This document shows, in pieces, positions 19,897 to 28,698 of a stretch of DNA of 62,805 nt. The notes beneath the pieces were generated by a model that worked only from the letters and a program-made list of their open reading frames with translations, ran no database searches and was not told where the DNA came from. Every line of letters starts with the position of its first letter. The first letter of the stretch is position 1. The stretch comes from Verrucomicrobiia bacterium (GTDB lineage: Bacteria > Verrucomicrobiota > Verrucomicrobiia > Verrucomicrobiales > DEV007): the NCBI GenBank assembly GCA_020439925.1, contig JAGRPC010000023.1:1-62805 (forward strand). The letters are read 5' to 3'. The translations under genes and the position numbers were made by a program.

Positions 19897-21614
19897 CCAG
19901 GAATCTTTAAAGGATTGGGATAGTAATTTGGATCGTCTGGATCAGGTTCACCCTGTCTCCCTGGCGGAACCTCAGTACCAACTGGAGTGCCGTTATGACA
20001 CGGAACACTATACGAGATGCCGCTCGGTCTGCACACTACGCGACAGAGTCCGCCTCCCGGCCCATCACCGAAAACTTTTTCAACCGTGCATTTTTCCTTT
20101 TCCGTTTGAGACTGCGCTCGAGTTCGCGATTCTGTCCTAGAACGAGTCTCCTCTCCAATAGGGCAACAAACGCCGCCGCGCAGCACATATCTTCGCCAAG
20201 TGTCAATTATTAGCCAAATGCTTATGACTCCAAGAGTAATAATTAAGTATTGCTCAATCTTTATTAGAATTAGAGGATTGCAAAAAAGACCGAAACGATC
20301 TAGCTCATTACTTGGATTGTTTTTCCCGAAACTGTAGAGATTTATCCCATCACGCTCCTCAATAATATCCCGATTGATCCACCTGCCGAGGAGCGGAACG
20401 TAGAAGCGGTATCCGTAGTTGGACCACCCGGTCTCGGAGTCGCGGAACTGGCCCTGGTAGCCGAAGTCCCAGGCGTAGTTCGAAGTGCTCCTCGGAGTGA
20501 AGTCCGCCGCCATGATGCGGCGGACGCCGAAGGCGCTGTAGGCGTAGCGCTCCTGCACGACTCCGGAGGTGTTCAGCACCGCAGTGCCGTTGAAGTAGTC
20601 CATCGTCGCGTAGAGACGCTCGTCGAGCGTCCCGTTGCCGTCGGTGTCCCGGTCCCGCAGGACCAGCTCGTCACGATGGCCGGGGCGCTCCCCCCACAGG
20701 TAGGAACGGGAAGCGGTGGTCGCGGAGCCGATTCGCTCCTCCAAAGGCTTCCACCGGTCGCTCCAGTAAGTATGGGTCACCACACTGGCGGATTCCTTGG
20801 TAAGGCGACGGCTCAGGCCGTCGTAGGCATTCTTCTGCACGGTGGTCCCGTTCTCGTCCTTCACCTCGACGAGCCGGTTCCACGCGTCCCACACGGGCTG
20901 GTAGCTCTTGCTCCAGTCGCCGTTCGTTCCGGGGGCAGTCTTCGTCGCATTGCCGGCACGGTCGTAGGAGAGCAGGGCGCTGCTCCCGTCGATCTGGGTG
21001 AGCTGGTTGTCCTGGTTGTTCGAACGGCTCTGATCGAGGACAGCTGAACCGTTCGCGTCCTTACGATAGCCCAGCCAGTTACCGGTGGGATCGTAGGTGA
21101 AGTCCTCTTCTTCTCCCGGAACACCCCCGACGGCGGTGCGGTTCGTATTCAAAGTGCCCACCGCGTCCAGGATGACCTGATAGAGCCCGTCGTAGCCGTA
21201 AGCTTCATCTTGTCCACTGGCGGCAACGAGGTTCTTCTTCCACGTCCGGTTGGACGCTTCGTTGTAGCCCCACTGCCAAGCATCGATGGGGGTTCCGGCG
21301 GAACTGTTCTGCCAGCGCATCTCCTGCACCCGGCTGAAGCGGTCGTATCCGTCGTAAGGATCGCCCGAGTCGCCCATGCTGCCTCCCCCGGGGCGGGTCA
21401 TGCTCATCTCCACAGCGGGCTGCGGGTAGGCGATCTTGATGTATCGGCCCAAGCCTGCCCGGGTGTATTCCACCTTGTTGCCACTCTCGCCGGAGATCGC
21501 CGCGCTCTTCACGAGGCTGAAGAGATCGTCAATCCATCCCGTCGAGCCATAGTCCAGGTTCACCACCCGGCCATTCGGGTAGGTCAGCGATGTGCGCCGG
21601 GACGTGTTGCTCAT
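19887..21614 (-). CDS. Rhs C-terminal module 5 (proximal; CT with TM helix and Cys cluster)
   Basis: ATG overlaps the TGA of the large Rhs ORF (ATGA); RDIIEE...LDRFGL. Confidence 0.9.
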   Translation of the reverse strand: MSNTSRRTSLTYPNGRVVNLDYGSTGWIDDLFSLVKSAAISGESGNKVEYTRAGLGRYIKIAYPQPAVEMSMTRPGGGSMGDSGDPYDGYDRFSRVQEMRWQNSSAGTPIDAWQWGYNEASNRTWKKNLVAASGQDEAYGYDGLYQVILDAVGTLNTNRTAVGGVPGEEEDFTYDPTGNWLGYRKDANGSAVLDQSRSNNQDNQLTQIDGSSALLSYDRAGNATKTAPGTNGDWSKSYQPVWDAWNRLVEVKDENGTTVQKNAYDGLSRRLTKESASVVTHTYWSDRWKPLEERIGSATTASRSYLWGERPGHRDELVLRDRDTDGNGTLDERLYATMDYFNGTAVLNTSGVVQERYAYSAFGVRRIMAADFTPRSTSNYAWDFGYQGQFRDSETGWSNYGYRFYVPLLGRWINRDIIEERDGINLYSFGKNNPSNELDRFGLFCNPLILIKIEQYLIITLGVISIWLIIDTWRRYVLRGGVCCPIGEETRSRTESRTRAQSQTEKEKCTVEKVFGDGPGGGLCRVVCRPSGISYSVPCHNGTPVGTEVPPGRQGEPDPDDPNYYPNPLKIPGWE

Positions 21615-24600
21615 GGGGTGGCATAGGCGTAGCTCACTTCAGGTGTCGTTCCCGGGACCACCGCCCCGCTGTGTGATTGACGGTCCTTGGTCATTTGTCC
21701 CAAGCCGTCGTAGGCATAAGAGACCTCGTTGAGAATGCTGCCAGAGCCAGGGCTCGCATGGCTGTAACTGCTCACTTTGGAAGTGAGGGCTCGCTTGGTC
21801 TCGTAGGTGATGGAAATGCGTTTGACGGTCTGGTCGATGCCGGTCCCAAAGGCGATGATCCGGTCGTGGAGGAGCCGCCCCAGCTTGTCACGGTCGTAGG
21901 CGTGAACGGTCTCGTTGGGATCTTTCGTTGTGACGACTTCCCCTTGGCGGTTGTAGGTATGTTCGGTCCGCTCGTAGATCCCATCCGGGCCGTTGCCGAG
22001 CGGGGCGTTGCTGTCGTCGCTCTCGGGGTAGATCTTCGCCCGCAGAAGATGACCGGTGGCCACGGCGGAATCGGCCAAGGTCGTCCCGTAGACCCAGCGC
22101 GTCACCTGGTCGCCGGTCACGTCGTTGACGAGGGTAAGCGTTTCCAGTCCGCCGCCCGGGTGATAGCAGAAGCGAGTGGTGCGGTTCACGTCGGCCGCCG
22201 GCCCCGCGCCTTCCTTGAAGTTTTCGACGGTTTCGATTTCACGCCCGAGCGCATCGCGCTTCCAACGGGTCTCGGTGCCCATCGGGTCGATCATCGCCCC
22301 TGGCTCCCCGGTGCTGGCATGCCGGGTGATCGTGACGAGGACTTCCTCACTCGTCGAGGGTGGAACCTCGGGGCGTACGAGAACGGATCCTCCATTCGTG
22401 CCGTAATCGGCGGAGGCGATCTCCCGGCCGATGGCGTCCTGCCACCAACACGCATAGGTGCGCCTTGCCCGGGGCTGGGATCCGGTAGGGCCGTTGAGCG
22501 GCCCGGTTCCGGTGGCATCGTGGAAACGCTGCCAGGAGGCGCTTTGAATCGCTTGGCCGGCCGCGTTGTAGACGGTCTCACTTTGCTCGACCACCGTGTC
22601 GGCGGAAGGATCGTTGTTATTGCTGCCACCCGATGGGTTGCAGGCCGTGTAGCGGCGGAGGGGACGGTCGAAGGCGTCGTAGGTGCCCTTCACAAATCCT
22701 TCGTTGCCTTGGAAAGTTTCTTTCAAGACAATGCCCGACGGATCCCGCCACCGCTGCGCGACCAAGGCATTGCCCACCGCACCGGTCGTGGGATCGACCG
22801 AATAGGTCTCGTTCTTGTAATCGCGACCGCGGGCGTCGAAGTAGACCTTGCTACGAGCGGTGAGATTGGCGGAGGCAACGGCGGTGTGATAGGAATCGAC
22901 CTGGGTGGCCTGACCGAGATTGTCGAGGGTGTAGCGAACCAGGAAGGTATTGGTCCCGTCGCTGCGGGTTTCTCCGATGAGTCGGTCGCGGAAGTCGTAT
23001 TCGAAAGATTCCGAACGGTCATTGGCACTGCTGGAATCCACCGGCCGGACCACCGATGTAAGATTGCTATTGCCTCCGTCCGTTCCACCGTCGTAGACGT
23101 TGGTGGTGACCAGAACCATGTTGTTGCCGCCCGCCCCGCCTCCGGTGGGGTCAGTGTTGGTGGCGCCGGTGTCATTGGTGCCGATCCAAACGGAAGCGAC
23201 GAGGCCGCGGGCGTCGATGACGCTGCGGTTGATGGTTCCTCCGGGAGAGGCGACCCGGTTTTCCCGGCCCATCGCGTCGCGGCCATAACGGGTCGCGTAA
23301 TAGTTGGTGTTCTCGAATCCTTCGCCGGTCACGGGAATGACATGCCAGACACGGCTCTCATCCCGGTAATCGGCGGCGTTGTAGAACTCACGCCGCCAGC
23401 GCTTCCAGGTTGCTTGCGGGAATACCTCGGACGGCGAGATAGGACCGCATTCGCAAGCACGGGATGCTTCGATGGATTGGAGTTCGCGATTGGAAAAATC
23501 AAGACGACGAAGCTTCACCGTCCCGAGGGTGTAGAAGCCACCCGAAGTGGACCCGCCCTTGGCGCTGCGGATTTCGCGGACTCCGTCCAGATAACACGAA
23601 TAATCAGCCCGCCTTGTCAGAACGGGCTCGACCGCCCCCGACTCCTTCTTGGTCGGGACGAGATGTGCAGGCCCTAGAACCAAGGTGGCCCGCCCCAGCA
23701 GATCCGACTGGCAGTCGGTGCGCCGGCTCGAACCGAATCCGCTCGCCGTGGTCCACCCGGCTGGGACTCCTTCCAAGAGCGAGGTGTCCGCGTCGTCAAT
23801 CCGAAACCGAAGGGCTCCGGTGAGCCGGTCATGAACGGCGTAGTCGATCCGGCCGCGCTCGTTCTTGCGCCACTGGGCATTGCCGTAGTCATCGAAGACG
23901 GTGACCCGCGAGGTCGTGGCCCCGGTGCCGTTCTCTCCGGTGCCGACAACGGGAGGAGTGACGGTATGTTGGAGCACGGCAAAAGTCGCACCGCGCCAAG
24001 TGTAGGTGTTGGAAGTCGTGGCGGGATTGCTGCCTCCACCCGCCGTGTCCAGGTAGACTTTTGAATCGGCGGTCTTGTAGATCGTATCCGTCCCGACCGT
24101 CCGGGCGACATAGGTGACCTCCCGCTGCTTGATGGCCGTGCCCGAAGAGCCTTCCTTGACATTGGTCAACTTGAGATAACCCGGAGCCGAACCCGCTCCA
24201 CCGCCGCTCGTGGGGTAATAATCTTTGGTCTCGATGAGCCCGGCGCTGGCCTTCAAGGTAACAGTGAAATTCTGCGATGCAGTCGAGGGTTCGGTGAATG
24301 ACGCGATGGCCGAGGAGGTGGCGTGGAGGGTCTCTCGAAACTCGGAATTGTATTCCCAGTATTCCGGCCACTCGTCGGTTCCCTTTTTGAGGATTTTCAA
24401 CACCGGCTGATTGGTATTGTTGTAGTAGGTCGTCACGGTGACGCTGTCCGGCTGAGTCTCGATCGAACGCCGCCACCAGTTTCGGCCAGAGGCATTATCG
24501 CTACTGAGGAGGGAGAAGGTGAAGGTTTGGGTGCCGCCATGGCGGACAGATCGAGTCACCCGATTCTCAGCATCGTATTCGAAGTAGTCAGAAGCGTATC

Positions 24601-25438
24601 CGGCCAGCGTCGCATCGCTGACGGATGTCAGATTCAAAGGATCAAGTCCCATCTCCTGCATCCTCGCCCACCCGTCCGAGTCGAGCACGTAACGTAGACC
24701 GTGTTTGAACCCGATGGAGCTGGCCGTCTTGTAATAGCGATAATAAGCCCGTGCGCTGGTCGCCCAACTCGCTGAACTCTCTTCCCAAACCTCGGCAACC
24801 GTGCTCTGAAGATCATTGAGGCTTCCGGCGCTGGTGGAGCCGTCATAGTAGGAGAAGCGCCACTGCTTCAAGGGGAGCTCGACGCCCCCACGGACGAGAC
24901 GCTTTTCGACATTCAGGATCAAGCCCTGGTGAACACCGCTGGTCGCGTAGGTGTAGAGCAGGGCGGCGCTCTCTCCTGAAACCGGGTCGATGCGAGTCAG
25001 AGACTCCATCCGTTGCGAGATATTGTAGGCAGCGACGGTGATGATTCCATCACTCGCGGTTTCCGTTTTGAGCCTGCCCTTTAGAGCCGTGACCGCGTTC
25101 GGACCATAAAACGTCCAGACTTCTCCACGTGGGCTGGCAACCCGGTAGTCACCGTTTCCAAGAATCGTCAGAACCCTTAGCGTTCCCGATTGCCCCCAGT
25201 AGGCTCCTGACTGCCAAAGCCAGGAAGTCGCCTGCCCTTGCACCATTGTCACCTCTTGAGGTTTGCCATCCACGGTGATGTTGCTGAACCAAAGGTAGGG
25301 CAATGAGCGCACGACCCAGCTATTTCCGTTGATCCCGCCTTCATTGCTCGTCATCCGCGAGACATATCGAAGGTTGTGATCGAAACCGGTTGACAGCCCC
25401 CGGCCTTGGGTATCAGGACGACTTGTCTGGAGTTGCAT
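21611..25438 (-). CDS. Rhs/YD-repeat N-terminal shell protein lacking core and toxin
   Basis: 1275 aa with YD repeats (YDAENRV, RDAMGR, YDFRDRL, YDGLGQ); DUF6531-like start; ends VSYAYATP-stop. Confidence 0.9.
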   Translation of the reverse strand: MQLQTSRPDTQGRGLSTGFDHNLRYVSRMTSNEGGINGNSWVVRSLPYLWFSNITVDGKPQEVTMVQGQATSWLWQSGAYWGQSGTLRVLTILGNGDYRVASPRGEVWTFYGPNAVTALKGRLKTETASDGIITVAAYNISQRMESLTRIDPVSGESAALLYTYATSGVHQGLILNVEKRLVRGGVELPLKQWRFSYYDGSTSAGSLNDLQSTVAEVWEESSASWATSARAYYRYYKTASSIGFKHGLRYVLDSDGWARMQEMGLDPLNLTSVSDATLAGYASDYFEYDAENRVTRSVRHGGTQTFTFSLLSSDNASGRNWWRRSIETQPDSVTVTTYYNNTNQPVLKILKKGTDEWPEYWEYNSEFRETLHATSSAIASFTEPSTASQNFTVTLKASAGLIETKDYYPTSGGGAGSAPGYLKLTNVKEGSSGTAIKQREVTYVARTVGTDTIYKTADSKVYLDTAGGGSNPATTSNTYTWRGATFAVLQHTVTPPVVGTGENGTGATTSRVTVFDDYGNAQWRKNERGRIDYAVHDRLTGALRFRIDDADTSLLEGVPAGWTTASGFGSSRRTDCQSDLLGRATLVLGPAHLVPTKKESGAVEPVLTRRADYSCYLDGVREIRSAKGGSTSGGFYTLGTVKLRRLDFSNRELQSIEASRACECGPISPSEVFPQATWKRWRREFYNAADYRDESRVWHVIPVTGEGFENTNYYATRYGRDAMGRENRVASPGGTINRSVIDARGLVASVWIGTNDTGATNTDPTGGGAGGNNMVLVTTNVYDGGTDGGNSNLTSVVRPVDSSSANDRSESFEYDFRDRLIGETRSDGTNTFLVRYTLDNLGQATQVDSYHTAVASANLTARSKVYFDARGRDYKNETYSVDPTTGAVGNALVAQRWRDPSGIVLKETFQGNEGFVKGTYDAFDRPLRRYTACNPSGGSNNNDPSADTVVEQSETVYNAAGQAIQSASWQRFHDATGTGPLNGPTGSQPRARRTYACWWQDAIGREIASADYGTNGGSVLVRPEVPPSTSEEVLVTITRHASTGEPGAMIDPMGTETRWKRDALGREIETVENFKEGAGPAADVNRTTRFCYHPGGGLETLTLVNDVTGDQVTRWVYGTTLADSAVATGHLLRAKIYPESDDSNAPLGNGPDGIYERTEHTYNRQGEVVTTKDPNETVHAYDRDKLGRLLHDRIIAFGTGIDQTVKRISITYETKRALTSKVSSYSHASPGSGSILNEVSYAYDGLGQMTKDRQSHSGAVVPGTTPEVSYAYATP

Positions 25439-25504
25439 AGGAAATCAGGCTTAGACAAATGAAAGATGGAAATTTCGTTTCGAGATGAGACTGGTCGCTC
25501 ATTA

Positions 25505-25684
25505 TCACGGAGAATTGACCCCTGGACTTCCCGAGCAATCCACTCCGCTGTCGCCCGTGTCATCGCAACCTCCAGACTCATCACAATCACATCCGTTGTC
25601 TCCCCCGGAATCCGGAGGGCATTTAGGATCCTTCGGCTTTTCAGGTCCTCCTCCTGGAGGGGGGCCACTTGATGAACTTGGCAT
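25505..25684 (-). CDS. 59-aa Ser/Gly/Asp/Cys-rich peptide (possible detached Rhs N-terminus)
   Basis: MPSSSSGPPPGGGPEKPKDPKCPPDSGGDNGCDCDESGGCDD...; followed by TGA TAA TGA. Confidence 0.45.
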   Translation of the reverse strand: MPSSSSGPPPGGGPEKPKDPKCPPDSGGDNGCDCDESGGCDDTGDSGVDCSGSPGVNSP

Positions 25685-25925
25685 GGCGGTTGCGTGGGTT
25701 GAGGACAAAGTTTCTTCAGGCCGATGCAAGAAGATCAAGAATCCCATCAAACGGCAAGAAAGATTCTCAGAATCGCGCAACGATTTTGTCGCATTCGGCA
25801 CTTTCTGCTCACCGTCGCGTTCCGAAGCATGGGGGCGAGGACCTTTCGACCCGTTGACTCCGCAACTGATTTGACTTGCCACGGGGAGCGACTCCTCGCA
25901 ATAGAAAGGAAGCCTTCGTTGACTT

Positions 25926-26930
25926 GTGATGAGAAAACTCGTCCTTCAAAACCAGCAATGTCCCGGCGACATTGTCATGCTAACCGGAGCCCTGCGGGAT
26001 CTACACCGCTGCCACCCGGGGGAGTTCATCACCGATGTGCGAACCCCCTTTCCCGATCTCTGGCTCCATCATCCCGGTGTCACCCGGCTCCATGACGACA
26101 CCCCGGATGCCGAGTGGATTGACGCTGCCTATCCGCTCGTCATGGAGAGCAATCGCTTTCCCGGCCACTTTCTTCACGGCTTTTGCAGCCACCTCAATTC
26201 AATCCTGGGAACGCAGATTCGACCAACCGAATGCCGGGGAGAGATCGTCCTCTCTCAGGAAGAGCGTCAACGCCCTCCCGTGGTTTCGGAGATCCTCGGT
26301 CACGACATCCCCTATTGGGTGCTTGTCGCGGGAGGAAAGTACGACCTTACGGTCAAGTGGTGGCCGCAGACTCGATTCCAGGAAGTGGTCGATCATTTCA
26401 CCGGGCGCCTCCTCTTCGTTCAAACAGGAGGGGCTGAGGACTTTCATCCGTCAGTCCGTGGTGTCCTCAATCTGGTGGGTCAAACAACCCTGCGCCAACT
26501 CGTTCACCTGATCCACCATTCTTCCGGCGTGCTGTGCCCGGTCACTGCTGCAATGCACTTCGCGGCAGCGGTACCCACCCGATACGACCGACATCCGCTT
26601 CGCCCTTGTGTTGTCGTCGCGGGAGGGCGGGAACCTCCGCATTGGGAAGCTTATCCCGGACACCAATTCATCCACACGGTCGGCATGCTTCCTTGCTGCG
26701 GAGCAGGTGGGTGCTGGAAGGCGAGGACTTCGCCTACCGGAGACGGCTCCCCTTTTGACCATCCCCACTACCTTTGCGAGCGTTCCGTTGAAGGTAAGCT
26801 ACCTCGCTGCATGGAGATGATCTCCTCTACCGACGTGATTCGGAGGATCGAAGGATTCATCGACGGTGGAGCAAGTCGCTATCTCGACCAAGAAGAATGG
26901 AGTCGCGTACAAATCGCATTCAACAATTAG
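25926..26930 (+). CDS. Glycosyltransferase family 9 (heptosyltransferase-like) with Cys cluster
   Basis: PGDIVML, KWWP, NLVGQTTLRQL, TAAMHFAAA motifs; C-terminal CC...CW...FDH...C...CM. Confidence 0.85.
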   Translation: MMRKLVLQNQQCPGDIVMLTGALRDLHRCHPGEFITDVRTPFPDLWLHHPGVTRLHDDTPDAEWIDAAYPLVMESNRFPGHFLHGFCSHLNSILGTQIRPTECRGEIVLSQEERQRPPVVSEILGHDIPYWVLVAGGKYDLTVKWWPQTRFQEVVDHFTGRLLFVQTGGAEDFHPSVRGVLNLVGQTTLRQLVHLIHHSSGVLCPVTAAMHFAAAVPTRYDRHPLRPCVVVAGGREPPHWEAYPGHQFIHTVGMLPCCGAGGCWKARTSPTGDGSPFDHPHYLCERSVEGKLPRCMEMISSTDVIRRIEGFIDGGASRYLDQEEWSRVQIAFNN

Positions 26931-26975
26931 CATTCGAACAAAGGCATTCGCAAATCTCAACGATAAGTCGCAATA

Positions 26976-28640
26976 ATGAGCAAACTGACCTCGCGGAAAA
27001 CCATCGATCAAAGTCTTCCCAAACTATTTATCGGCCCTTGGGTGGGTGAATTCGGAATCGAACTTCTTCACTGGCAGGGTGTTGCACGATCGGTCGCAAA
27101 TAGCAGGGAATGGGGAGATGTAATCGCATCATCGTGGCCAGACCGAGAATATATCTATTCAGACTTTGTCGATGATTTCGTTCCATACACACCTCCCACT
27201 CACCACGTTTGCGGAGCAAGCTGCCGAGGCTATGACGAGAATTCATTACCATGGAAAGAGAGATTCTGCTCCGAACGCGGCGATGTCTGGCTAACCCCGT
27301 TCGGAAAGCCAAAGAATTACCTAACCGTCAGGGCCTTGGCAGCTTCACACTCAACATTCATTGATTTCTCCGAACGCGCTACCATCACTGATGGCAAGTT
27401 CGATCTTCTTATCCATGCCCGCGCCACGCAAAAGCACAATCAAAATCACAAAAATTGGCCGGTCGCCAATTGGGAGCGCCTTGTCTCCTCTCTTCCAGGA
27501 GATTGGAAAGTCGCCAGCATTGGAGATCCGAATGGTGCCCATAAGATTCTTGGCACAACCGATCTGAGAGGCATTTCACTTCAATCTCTTGCGTCACACT
27601 GCAAGAAGGCCAAAATGCTCGTTGGACCCTCCAGCGGTCCGATACATTTCGCAATCCATTCCAGGCTACCTGTGGTAATCTGGATGGGCGAGCATAGGCA
27701 CCACTATTTTCCTCAATGGAACCCTTTTGATGTACCGATTGCCTGCCTTGACACGTGGCAGCCTTCGGTTGATTCCGTTCTAAATAAAATTCGAGATATT
27801 CATTTCATAACAAAGTCCCAACGGTCAGATCTACGCTATCTCGTCGCCGCAACCAAACGCTCCGGCCACCACGCCGTCACCGAGTGGTTGGCCAATCTGA
27901 ATCCGGGCACAGAGTTCGTCTGGCTCAATGACTGCGTCTCCGACCACGTCCGGACTTACCCGAATTATCCTAATACTATCCCAAGTCGCTCCCTCTTACC
28001 AAAGAATTTGAACGATCCGAGGATATTTGACACGGTTATCTCGATAGGAACAGCGAAAGATACCCTCTCTCGAATAATCTCAATCGAGGGAGCATCCGTG
28101 AAGGAGATATCATTACTTCCAGAAGCTGAATCTGCTCAATATATTGTTTTTGTACTCAGGGATGCGGCAAATCTCGCGTCCAGCCTGCAAAAAGGGTTCC
28201 CGATTGATTTTGGGAAATTCGGATATTTGGGATCTCCCATCCAGAAAATGCTAGCCACGTATCGAGAATACCTCTGCGAAGCTACTGGTCGCACGGCAAT
28301 ACTTGAACGCTTTGGTTCGAAAGTTGTGTTTGTAAGCTATAATCGCTGGCACACTGATCCAACTTATCGAAGCGAGATCTCGAATAGACTGGGAACATCT
28401 CTCGTTGACACCGAGAGGGGAACCGTTGCGAGATACGGACCCCTGAGCGGATTTGAGGCCCCAGAAACAAGCGCCGATCAGCTTAAAACGCTTTCAAGAT
28501 GGGAATCCGGGTCCGATGCTCCGGATTTTTGGACCGCCTGTCGTGATTCACATTTACATCAGATGGAGCTTGAATTCCACGAAAAGAATTTGCCAATTCC
28601 TCACCTTGATAATGCTTTCAATAGGCTAGGGTTCCTTTAG
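26976..28640 (+). CDS. GT9-like glycosyltransferase fused to a sulfotransferase-like domain
   Basis: N-half KNWP, DLRG, GPSSGPIHFA; C-half KRSGHHAV (5'-PSB-like) and VLRDAANLASS (3'-PB-like). Confidence 0.65.
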   Translation: MSKLTSRKTIDQSLPKLFIGPWVGEFGIELLHWQGVARSVANSREWGDVIASSWPDREYIYSDFVDDFVPYTPPTHHVCGASCRGYDENSLPWKERFCSERGDVWLTPFGKPKNYLTVRALAASHSTFIDFSERATITDGKFDLLIHARATQKHNQNHKNWPVANWERLVSSLPGDWKVASIGDPNGAHKILGTTDLRGISLQSLASHCKKAKMLVGPSSGPIHFAIHSRLPVVIWMGEHRHHYFPQWNPFDVPIACLDTWQPSVDSVLNKIRDIHFITKSQRSDLRYLVAATKRSGHHAVTEWLANLNPGTEFVWLNDCVSDHVRTYPNYPNTIPSRSLLPKNLNDPRIFDTVISIGTAKDTLSRIISIEGASVKEISLLPEAESAQYIVFVLRDAANLASSLQKGFPIDFGKFGYLGSPIQKMLATYREYLCEATGRTAILERFGSKVVFVSYNRWHTDPTYRSEISNRLGTSLVDTERGTVARYGPLSGFEAPETSADQLKTLSRWESGSDAPDFWTACRDSHLHQMELEFHEKNLPIPHLDNAFNRLGFL

Positions 28641-28698
28641 GCGATGTTCTGGAGATGCTGCAATTTCGCCGCGAAGACTTTTTTGGTGAGACTACAAG

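Noticed and set aside
9956-21614. Diversity-generating retroelement or integron explanation for the Rhs array
   Set aside because: No reverse transcriptase or TR/VR pair; no attC-like palindromes or IntI-type insertion seen
21677-23677. 666-aa plus-strand ORF (and 14912-16441)
   Set aside because: Antisense shadows of GC-rich Rhs genes with no motifs
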